Below, in pieces: positions 18,965 to 26,894 of a stretch of DNA of 64,000 nucleotides. The position numbers were made by a program, and so were the translations under genes. The DNA comes from Bacillota bacterium. Lineage in GTDB: Bacteria; Bacillota; Clostridia; Christensenellales; Aristaeellaceae. Position 1 is the stretch's first letter. Each line of letters starts with the position of its first letter. A model generated the notes under the pieces. The model ran no database searches and was not told where the DNA came from. It saw only the letters and a list, made by a program, of their open reading frames with translations. Location of the stretch: positions 2,496 through 66,495 of the forward strand of contig JAEWRJ010000015.1 of assembly GCA_023460055.1 (NCBI GenBank), in the 5' to 3' direction.

Positions 18965-19531
18965 ATGTGCGGACGATTCTACGCGCCCCCCATTACCATC
19001 GAGGAGCTGCGCTCAGTTGTTAAGGACATCGAGGAAGAGCTGGCGCGCAAGCAGCAGACAGGCGAATACGGGAAGGAATCATTCATCGTTCCCACTTTGC
19101 CGACAATGGCCATTACAGCCGAAGGAGCCAAAGTAATGACTTTCGGATGGAAGAAGGCGCAAAAAGACATGATGCTGAATGCCAGGTGTGAAACCTTGAC
19201 GGGAAAGCCTATGTTTGTGCCTGCTTTTCGAGCAGGGAAGCGCTGTATTCTTCCTGCGACGCGGTTCTTTGAAAAAAAGGGTTTATTCGCCCCCATCAAT
19301 GGTCAGCTTATGTTCATGGCGGGAATATTTGATAACATCGGTTCGCAAGAGTATGACCAGTTTCTTGTTATCACGCGGGATGCTGATCCAGTGATAGCGC
19401 CATATCACCACAGGATGCCGCTGCTGCTTCCCAGCGAGGAATTGCGCAAAGCGTGGTTACATAGTGACACACTGGCGGAAGAATTACTTGATATGCCGGT
19501 GGATATTCCGCTCAAAGATATTACTCAGTGA
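18965..19531 (+). CDS. SOS-response-associated peptidase (SRAP/YedK/HMCES family) abasic-site processing protein
   Basis: Starts MCGRF (catalytic Cys2), the hallmark of the SRAP family. 188 aa. Confidence 0.8.
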   Translation: MCGRFYAPPITIEELRSVVKDIEEELARKQQTGEYGKESFIVPTLPTMAITAEGAKVMTFGWKKAQKDMMLNARCETLTGKPMFVPAFRAGKRCILPATRFFEKKGLFAPINGQLMFMAGIFDNIGSQEYDQFLVITRDADPVIAPYHHRMPLLLPSEELRKAWLHSDTLAEELLDMPVDIPLKDITQ

Positions 19532-19547
19532 AGGGCCTGATCTGATG

Positions 19548-19572
19548 AAAGCGCTGAACCAGCGCTTTTTTT
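19548..19572 (+). terminator. Rho-independent terminator after the SRAP gene
   Basis: AAAGCGCTG-aac-CAGCGCTTT followed by TTTTT. Confidence 0.7.
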
Positions 19573-19606
19573 GTGTGTCAGTGTACAATAATGATAGGAA
19601 GCGATA

Positions 19607-21010
19607 ATGGCAACAACCAGAATCATTGCAATGCACCGCAACAAGGGCAAGTCAGTTGCACAGTGCATCAAAGACAGAACCGGGTACGCTTTCAACCCGG
19701 ACAAAACAAATGATGGAGAGCTTGTAACCTGTTATGAATGCGATATCAAATCTGTCGATGCGGAGTTTGCTTTATCTAAACGCGAATATCAGCAAATAAC
19801 AGGTAGGGTGCAGCAGAGTGATGTGATTGCCTATCAAATCAGGCAATCATTCAAGCCTGGGGAGATAAGCGCTGATGATACAAACCACATTGGCTATAAG
19901 CTTGCCATGCGCTTTTTGAAAGGACATCATGCCTTTTTTGTAGCAACTCATGTTGATAAAGCGCACATTCATAATCATATCATATGGAACTCAACGTCTT
20001 TGGACTGTACATACAAGTTCAGAGATTTTCTTGGTTCCGGCAGGGCAGTCGCAAGGCTGAGCGATTTGATCTGTACAGAACACCAGCTATCTGTTGTTGA
20101 TAATCCGCAAGAAAGCGGCATGAAATACAACAAGTGGCTCGGAAATCGGGCTGTCCCCTCTCATCGTGATGAACTGCGGGCTATCATTAATGAGGCATTG
20201 TCACACCAGATAAAAGATATTGACGGTATGTTAGATTTTCTGTGCGTAGCAGGCTGGGAAGTGAAGCGCGGGAAGGACATCAGTTGCCGCGGCTCTGGGC
20301 ATAAAAGATTCATCAGGCTCCATACACTTGGCGATGGTTATGATGTGGACGGCCTCAGCAGACTCCTGAAGGGTAAGCATAGACCGGCATCGTCAAGTCG
20401 AAAGACTGAAAATATCAGATCAGAGCGGATGCAGCTGTTAATAGACATTCAAGCGAAACTCTCACAAGGCAAGAGTAAAGGCTTTGGGCGATGGTCGAAA
20501 ATCTCAAATTTGAAACAGATGGCTAAAGCACTGAATTATCTGACAGAGCATGGATTGACTGATTACGATAAGCTGCGTGAGCAGGCGAAGGAAGTGACTG
20601 AGCATTATCATACACTCTCGGCCGGCTTAAAGGAGCTTGAAGCGCGTCTGGCCGATATTGGCATACTGAAAACGCATGTCATCAACTACGTGAAGACGCG
20701 GGATATCTATGTGGCATACAGGAAAGCTGGCTATTCCAAGCGGTTTGCTGCTGAGCATCAACAGGAGATCGCTTTGCATAAAGCAGCCAAGCAAGCCTTC
20801 GACGCCCTGGGCACGAAAAGAATACCGACAGTGCGCAGTCTTCAAGATGAATACGCGGTCTTGCTGCAAAAAAAGAAGGATGCTTATGCGGCGTATCGGT
20901 CTGTAAGAGATAGGATGAGAACGATAAACACTGTCAAAGCAAACATTGACACGATTCTGCACAGCGAAGGCCAAGTGTCCGCTACCCAAAGGGGCAGGTC
21001 TGAACGATAG
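19607..21010 (+). CDS. MobA/VirD2-family relaxase
   Basis: Relaxase/mobilisation nuclease pattern, with the N-terminal Tyr region (YAFNPDK, CYECD) and the histidine triad THVDKAHIHNHIIWNS. Confidence 0.8.
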   Translation: MATTRIIAMHRNKGKSVAQCIKDRTGYAFNPDKTNDGELVTCYECDIKSVDAEFALSKREYQQITGRVQQSDVIAYQIRQSFKPGEISADDTNHIGYKLAMRFLKGHHAFFVATHVDKAHIHNHIIWNSTSLDCTYKFRDFLGSGRAVARLSDLICTEHQLSVVDNPQESGMKYNKWLGNRAVPSHRDELRAIINEALSHQIKDIDGMLDFLCVAGWEVKRGKDISCRGSGHKRFIRLHTLGDGYDVDGLSRLLKGKHRPASSSRKTENIRSERMQLLIDIQAKLSQGKSKGFGRWSKISNLKQMAKALNYLTEHGLTDYDKLREQAKEVTEHYHTLSAGLKELEARLADIGILKTHVINYVKTRDIYVAYRKAGYSKRFAAEHQQEIALHKAAKQAFDALGTKRIPTVRSLQDEYAVLLQKKKDAYAAYRSVRDRMRTINTVKANIDTILHSEGQVSATQRGRSER

Positions 21011-21053
21011 TTGTAGGCAAGTTAGTTATAGATGAATAGGCTTTGACCTCAGT

Positions 21054-21092
21054 GTACGGCGCGATGGGGATGAAATGGATCGCCGTACTTTT
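21054..21092 (+). terminator. Terminator after the relaxase gene
   Basis: GTACGGCG ... CGCCGTAC (8-bp stem, large loop) followed by TTTT. Confidence 0.5.
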
Positions 21093-21390
21093 CAAGCGCC
21101 TTTCCCCCATGAACCATACCTGAGCTGTTACTGACAAAGTTTTCCAGCCTGTTAGGTGAATAAATCTAAGCATGGAATCAGCATTACAGATGACACCCGG
21201 TTCAAGGGATCGGATGCTTCAAATCGCTATGCCCTTCAGCGCAGAACACAGGGCGGCGGCATTTACGCATCCCTGTGACGGAGGGTTATGAATGGACGAA
21301 TATAAAGACACATGCAGGCGGATAGATGCCCGAATGGCCAATACTGATGACTTTCCTTGACCCAGAGTTGTGATAGAAAGGAGAAATACT

Positions 21391-23511
21391 GTGGCAAGAA
21401 AAATAAAGCATGAAGATTTCGGTGAAAAGATCGGCGGCGCAAAAAAGGACCTGTGGAGAGAGCGTGGCCTGATTGCCAGCGACCTGACTTCGATGAATGA
21501 GCGAGAAGCGGATAAATACGTTAAAAAGGATAACATCTGGAAGCCAAACTATGAGGCCATGATTGACGGAGGAATTCCAGTTGACGTGGCCTATTATATA
21601 AAATCGGTGCGGGATAGCCTGCCTGCTTCCCCGGTGTTTATCTGGGAGGACAGATCTTCCGAAAAGCGCCTTGCCCGGCAGGCGGAATATATTGATACCG
21701 TGCGGGAGGTTCGGAACGCTATGGATGGCGTGAGAACCAAAGTGGATGTCATGGCGGCATTTGACCGTTTTTTTATTGATGGCGGTTACATCGAGCGTAT
21801 TGGGAACAGTCAGCGCCTTTCATGGACTGTAAAGGGCAAAGACAACCCCGCAATCACGGAAAAACTTCTCTACGCCATGCACATATCTTCCGAGGGTGCT
21901 TATCTGCACGATGTTATCAAGAAAGCTGAGCAACAGCAGTTCGGCGTTTCCAAAGAAGAGAAAGTACCGCGCGGCTATGAAATACGCTTTTTCGACGGAA
22001 AGAACGCCTACTCGCGAAACGACGATTGGATGCCGAACACTTATTTTGTCTTAAAAAACCATTCTATACTTGAAAAGAATTTTGCCACGAAAACAGAAGC
22101 CTTGAGTTGGATGCAGGACTACGCTAAACAGCGAGGCAAGAGTGGGAAAAAGAGGTATGTGCCAGAACAGCTGATGCATGTGCGGCGTGAGGGTTTGCCG
22201 AATTACCGCAGAGGCAGGGATGTCAAAGGTCAGGATTATCTTGATACCTTCGGCTTCAAGGGCGGCGAGTTCGGAAACTGGGTGAACCAGAACGAACGGC
22301 AGGTTTCGTTGAACATGGGCTTTGACGCACTGATGGATTTAGCGGCTGCCTTGAAAATTTCGTGCAGGGATATTTCCTATCAGGGCGCACTCTCTATTGC
22401 GTTCGGCGCTCGGGGCAGCGGAAACGCTGTTGCACATTATGAACCGCTGCGCCATGTCATCAACCTCACCAAAATGAAGGGCGCCGGTTCGCTGGCTCAT
22501 GAGTGGTGGCATGGACTGGATGATTATTTAGGAACCAAGCTGGGCCTAAAGGGGATGCTGTCGGAGAATCCGCGAAAGCATCCCCTTTTTGAAAAGCTGA
22601 TACACACCATCAAGTACAAGTCTGAAACCACGGAGCAGGCTGCGGTCCGGGCTAAAGCGCGTGACGCGCAGACAAGGCGAAGCGCGGAGAGATACCTTGA
22701 AATGGACGTTGGGAATGTTCTTAAACGCAACGGAGATGATAAGATACACGCAGTATACGAAACACTGAAAACAACGTTTTTATCCGGCGAGCCTGGCACT
22801 GTAGACAAACTCAATGAGCTTAACAAGAGTATGACTGGCCGCATAATTCCCAAGGAAGCCAGGGATCGGCTGCTGACCTATGAGAAGATTCTTCATACTA
22901 TGGGTGAGAGTCCTGAGCCAACCATCGGCCAGGTGATGACAGACTTTTATAGAAATTCAAAGCGCATGGGTGAAATCAATGAGAAGGATGGTGACTATTG
23001 GGACAGCAACACGGAGATGACGGCGCGCGCGTTCGCAACCTATGTAATGGACAGTCTGGCCGGCCGATCAGATTATCTGGCGGGACACGCTCAGTGTGCT
23101 GTTGCACAGGTTACGGACAAGGCGGGGAACACAGCTATGTTGAAATCCTACCCGGAGGGGGAGGAGCGCAAGGCCATCAATGCTGTGTTCGATGAGATCG
23201 TGGCGGAGCTGAAGAAAGAGAAGTACCTGACTCATGATGAACATGCGCAGCCTGAGCCGATTTTACCTCTTCAGGTATCGACACTCGATGCGCCAATTGT
23301 TGAGCAAAGCTTTGGACGGCAGCAGCCCGGTGAACAGCTTTCCTTTGCCCTGTTACTTGGTGCAGAGAAGGAGAGGGCTATCCGGCCTTCGGTCATGGAT
23401 AAGCTGGATGCCGCAAAGAAATCCAATGAAAAGGCGTGTCCAAAAAGTCCATCGGGAATTTCAGATGAGAGGCTGAAAAGGTCAAACTTACTGAGTATGG
23501 AGTCACTGTAG
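21391..23511 (+). CDS. Large ICE protein with a zincin-like HEWWH motif (LPD-type polyvalent-associated domain protein)
   Basis: GTG at 21391 follows SD GAAAGGAGA; the ORF track starts at 21370. SLAHEWWHGLDDY is an HExxH-like motif. The product call is tentative. Confidence 0.65.
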   Translation: MARKIKHEDFGEKIGGAKKDLWRERGLIASDLTSMNEREADKYVKKDNIWKPNYEAMIDGGIPVDVAYYIKSVRDSLPASPVFIWEDRSSEKRLARQAEYIDTVREVRNAMDGVRTKVDVMAAFDRFFIDGGYIERIGNSQRLSWTVKGKDNPAITEKLLYAMHISSEGAYLHDVIKKAEQQQFGVSKEEKVPRGYEIRFFDGKNAYSRNDDWMPNTYFVLKNHSILEKNFATKTEALSWMQDYAKQRGKSGKKRYVPEQLMHVRREGLPNYRRGRDVKGQDYLDTFGFKGGEFGNWVNQNERQVSLNMGFDALMDLAAALKISCRDISYQGALSIAFGARGSGNAVAHYEPLRHVINLTKMKGAGSLAHEWWHGLDDYLGTKLGLKGMLSENPRKHPLFEKLIHTIKYKSETTEQAAVRAKARDAQTRRSAERYLEMDVGNVLKRNGDDKIHAVYETLKTTFLSGEPGTVDKLNELNKSMTGRIIPKEARDRLLTYEKILHTMGESPEPTIGQVMTDFYRNSKRMGEINEKDGDYWDSNTEMTARAFATYVMDSLAGRSDYLAGHAQCAVAQVTDKAGNTAMLKSYPEGEERKAINAVFDEIVAELKKEKYLTHDEHAQPEPILPLQVSTLDAPIVEQSFGRQQPGEQLSFALLLGAEKERAIRPSVMDKLDAAKKSNEKACPKSPSGISDERLKRSNLLSMESL

Positions 23512-23680
23512 TATGATACTTACATTGGACAAGATTGTCTGATAAAAGCGCTTTGCAGAAGCGCGCAGCCGTGTGATGAAATCGCACGATTAAGGGGGAT
23601 TGGGGGCGTTGCCACCAACAAGCATCGAGCCTGTGGGGGACCACAGGCCCTGCTTGCCGGTTGCAAGTTGTAAGGCTCTA

Positions 23681-23709
23681 TATAACGATAAAAAACTGAA
23701 TCTGTCTCA
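23681..23709 (-). promoter_or_regulatory. ECF-type promoter copy (TGAGAC-N16-CGTTATA) pointing leftwards, with no obvious gene downstream
   Basis: The minus strand reads TGAGAC (23709-23704), 16 nt, then CGTTATA (23687-23681). The architecture matches the sites at 32585 and 43965. Confidence 0.4.
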
Positions 23710-23822
23710 TTTTTTATGTAAAATTTCCGAACGTCATGTTTCTGTTGCATGAAAACACACGTTATCTTCGTTATACTAAGTGAACAGTGGAATCACTGTA
23801 GCTTCCTCATGGAGATGCCAAG

Positions 23823-24854
23823 ATGAAAAAGTTCGTTCTATGTTGTATTTTGCTCACGTCGCTGCTCTTGATACTGGGGCTGTATCTGGCAGGCCATGTA
23901 TGGAAACGTGAAAATCACGCTGCCCGTTCTGACTCCCCTGAACAGATCATTGACAACAGAACCCCGGAAATGCTTTTGCCTAAAGCATATTTTAGAGATG
24001 CTTCAGGAACGGTCCTGTTTATTAACAGCATAAATATCGAAGAGGGGGCGCTTATATCCGCTGCACCAAGTTCAGATGGCGAACCGCTTGGAAGACTGCC
24101 AAACGGAGAACAATGTTCTTTGATTTCCTTGATCGATGATTGGGCATATGTTAGAGCATCTATTAATGGTAAAAAGCAAGATGTCTATGCCATGACATCC
24201 GATTTAACGCCTTTAGATGGATCATATGGACTATATCCCGCCGGAGGCGGGGCCTATCTCGAGAATAATGCTTATCACTTCGGTAATATGCTTCCCCCTG
24301 CTCTATCCCAAACATTTACCGGAACCGAGCTGGAGGACTATCACCCTATGTTAGGGATGATCATTGCTGATGGAAGTAAAAATGCCTTTGTTATTCTCAG
24401 CAAAGACGGGCATAATGTGCTTTGTGTTTTAGAGCGGATTGAAGAAAGATGGGTCATCAAAGAAATAGGGCGTCAACTGCTATATCAGGGCGACCTGCTG
24501 CCGGAGTATTTTTACTATTCAAAGTATAATGATCAAGTCGTCTATTACTATCCTATAGATGGTAATAATCTTCAGGAGAGCTTTGGGTTACAATGTGATG
24601 CTGACGGACAATACTACTTGTCTCATTACTACTATGGCCCGGGAGATATTACCTTGAGTACCAACAAGGAAAACAACTATGCGGCAGATGTTCAAGGCGA
24701 TTTACTGATCATTTCAGATAATACAGGGAAGATGCTCAGCACTTATGGTATCAAGACGACAGTATCAATCGATAAAAATGATTTCAAAGTCTCAAATCTC
24801 GACCTGCAATGTACTCTGAACCTCTTTTTCCAATACAGGGAAAGGCCTTTCTAG
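23823..24854 (+). CDS. Membrane-anchored or secreted protein with an SH3b-like module
   Basis: N-terminal hydrophobic segment MKKFVLCCILLTSLLLILGLYLAG. SH3b-like LISLIDDWAYVRASINGKKQDVYAMTSDL. Confidence 0.7.
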   Translation: MKKFVLCCILLTSLLLILGLYLAGHVWKRENHAARSDSPEQIIDNRTPEMLLPKAYFRDASGTVLFINSINIEEGALISAAPSSDGEPLGRLPNGEQCSLISLIDDWAYVRASINGKKQDVYAMTSDLTPLDGSYGLYPAGGGAYLENNAYHFGNMLPPALSQTFTGTELEDYHPMLGMIIADGSKNAFVILSKDGHNVLCVLERIEERWVIKEIGRQLLYQGDLLPEYFYYSKYNDQVVYYYPIDGNNLQESFGLQCDADGQYYLSHYYYGPGDITLSTNKENNYAADVQGDLLIISDNTGKMLSTYGIKTTVSIDKNDFKVSNLDLQCTLNLFFQYRERPF

Positions 24855-24869
24855 TAGACAAACAGAAAA

Positions 24870-24896
24870 GACCTCCCTGCGTAATGCAGAGAGGTC
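24870..24896. terminator. Hairpin shared by a convergent gene pair
   Basis: GACCTCcCTGC-gtaat-GCAGaGAGGTC with an A-run upstream. Confidence 0.55.
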
Positions 24897-24939
24897 CCTT
24901 CAGCAAGTGTTTTCTTAGGTATAACTACATGAATTATTC

Positions 24940-26190
24940 TTAGCCGTTGCCATAATAAGGTTTACCAAAGCCGACAATATCTGAGTTAAACCTCTTACCG
25001 GGTACGTCCGGTCCAAGAGGGGGTTGGATAAAGACCTTATTGTTTCCAATCGCTTGGCTTCCCTTGGCTGATGCATTGCCTTCAATAGAAGTAATTGTCG
25101 TTCCGTTGCTACTTACATCGATTACAACACCTACATGTCGGCTTATTTTGGTGGTATCGTCTATTCTGAAGTACACATAGTCACCAATTTCTGCTCTGTA
25201 ATTCATCTCTGCGTTGGTGAGTTCCGCTTGGCTCATAAATTCTTTCAAATCAGAAAATCCATAGGCTTTTACCTTATCTTCCGCATGTACAAAATAGAAT
25301 GAATCACTTTGCAAGAAGAAACTGATACCATTCCTAACATTTGACTCCTGAGGTATATTTAAATCACCATCGAACGGCCATAAGCAATGGCATGTAATCC
25401 AATCAGCAAACCAGTGACACCAATCACCATTATTATCCAATTCCTTATTATAGTACTTTGGATTGCCGTTATGTTGGGCATTCACTTCTTGATTTGCGAC
25501 ATTTACTAGAATATAGCGTTCCATGTCTTCATTAGCAGTAGGGGGCGATAGTGTTGTCCCTAAAATGTAGGCATCTTTGTTTTTCCAACGGCATTTGAAC
25601 CAGCCATTTCCAGCATCTTTTATGACTGCACGTCTACCTTTAGGATAGTAGCCGACAATGCTGCCCGAAGTTGACGGCGTATCTCTAAGCCGCACATCAT
25701 TCTGTATTACATTTGCATATAGCCACCCGTCATACGGGCTTTCATACTCAGATTCATCCACCATAAGTGACACATTATCAAACAACGCCACGCCTTCGGC
25801 TGATCCAGCAATCAATCTAATCTCAACATTTTGCATGCCATAACCCGTAGCAGCAAATGTGTAAGATAATTCAGTGAATGATGATGTCAGTTGGGGAATA
25901 AAGGATGGGCTATACTTCCATGCGCCGTTTACATATAACATTATCCACACGTCAACGTCACCAATGATTCTTTTTACATTAAATTTTAATGTATGAGAAC
26001 CAGGCATTACACTCGCGTGAGTATATATATGGCTCTGTCCTTTTTCAGCAGGAACAGTCAGCTTTACGCATTTGCCATTGTCTATGCCTCCGGTGGCTTG
26101 ATGTTCAACTTTGTTCCCCGAATACCAGCCGTAAATGCTCCACTCGTCCATTCCACTTTCAAATCCGGGATTCTTTATTGCATTAACCAT
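24940..26190 (-). CDS. Leaderless cell-wall hydrolase: CBM4_9-like, SH3b and CHAP-like (NlpC/P60 superfamily) domains
   Basis: ATG at 26190 with SD AAGGAGAA (MVNAIKNPGFESG...); the ORF track extends to 26292. NPGFESG..W and FDNVSL are CBM-like. SH3b shows RLRDTPSTSGSIVGYYPKG..WFKCRW. CHAP-like Cys in GDWCHWFADW and His in SRHVGVVIDV...IEGN. No signal peptide. Confidence 0.75.
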   Translation of the reverse strand: MVNAIKNPGFESGMDEWSIYGWYSGNKVEHQATGGIDNGKCVKLTVPAEKGQSHIYTHASVMPGSHTLKFNVKRIIGDVDVWIMLYVNGAWKYSPSFIPQLTSSFTELSYTFAATGYGMQNVEIRLIAGSAEGVALFDNVSLMVDESEYESPYDGWLYANVIQNDVRLRDTPSTSGSIVGYYPKGRRAVIKDAGNGWFKCRWKNKDAYILGTTLSPPTANEDMERYILVNVANQEVNAQHNGNPKYYNKELDNNGDWCHWFADWITCHCLWPFDGDLNIPQESNVRNGISFFLQSDSFYFVHAEDKVKAYGFSDLKEFMSQAELTNAEMNYRAEIGDYVYFRIDDTTKISRHVGVVIDVSSNGTTITSIEGNASAKGSQAIGNNKVFIQPPLGPDVPGKRFNSDIVGFGKPYYGNG

Positions 26191-26247
26191 TTTTCTTCTC
26201 CTTCTTCTTCGCTTTAAGTTTCTGGCCAGAACTCTTAAGCTGCTTTG

Positions 26248-26282
26248 AGTATAGTATTCTCTCCACTCCAATAGCAGTGACA
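26248..26282 (-). promoter_or_regulatory. CTTCACT-N22-TAnnnT motif (variant TGTCACT ... TATACT) upstream of hydrolase gene 24940-26190
   Basis: The minus strand reads TGTCACT (26282-26276), 22 nt, then TATACT (26253-26248). Confidence 0.35.
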
Positions 26283-26795
26283 AAACAGACAAGAAAGGTG
26301 CAGGAAATAATCAGTCTTCAATAACGACTATGATCCGGTGCCTATCTATGTAAGCTTAGGTGAATGGAAAGAAGAAAAAGTGCTTTGTCCCAGAGCTGTA
26401 GAACAGAGCCTATATTGGCTTTGCTGTATACAACGTTTCCAAAATATGCACTTCACCGTCAATTGGTAAGTATCGTATAAAAGCTGTCGTTTCAGGTGGC
26501 GGGGAGACAGCGACAGCTTACTCTGCATCCATAAAGAAGTAGTGCTTTCCGGAAATTTGCTGTCGAGTAGACAGGCGGCCTTACGGCCCCTGCCCCTCAC
26601 AGAACCGTACTTGCCCTATTAAGGAATACGGTTTTTCAAACAGTCTTTGGGATCCAAATGTCAACATAAATACGGGGTGGCGTCACATATTCTTTTCAAA
26701 TCTGTCTGAACAGTTCAATGTATGAGTTTCGCCCAGTGTTTGTGCAGATTACGGGCTGATCCATCTGTCAAATGTTTCCTATTTCGTGCTGGTTT

Positions 26796-26830
26796 CTTCA
26801 CTACTTACTGAGATGCGTGTCTATTAGTAT
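26796..26830 (+). promoter_or_regulatory. CTTCACT-N22-TAnnnT motif upstream of hydrolase gene 26895-28835
   Basis: CTTCACT (26796-26802), 22 nt, then TAGTAT (26825-26830). Confidence 0.45.
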
Positions 26831-26894
26831 TGCGGTAGAGAAGAACAGAAAATAAAGTCTGCACATTCTCATAATTTATAGGAGGAAACATAAA

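Noticed and set aside
23393-23750. Minus-strand ORFs 23393-23644 and 23520-23750
   Set aside because: They overlap the 3' end of the 700-aa gene and the promoter/terminator elements. No SD or motifs are present.
26300-26790. About 500 nt of non-coding DNA between the divergent hydrolase genes, with hairpins (GCTGTCG/CGACAGC near 26483-26517, a GGCC hairpin near 26575, AACCGTA/TACGGTT near 26603-26633)
   Set aside because: The stems are short or have large loops. I found no clear promoter/terminator pairing or known riboswitch signature. It may be a decayed gene, and the evidence is not enough for a feature.
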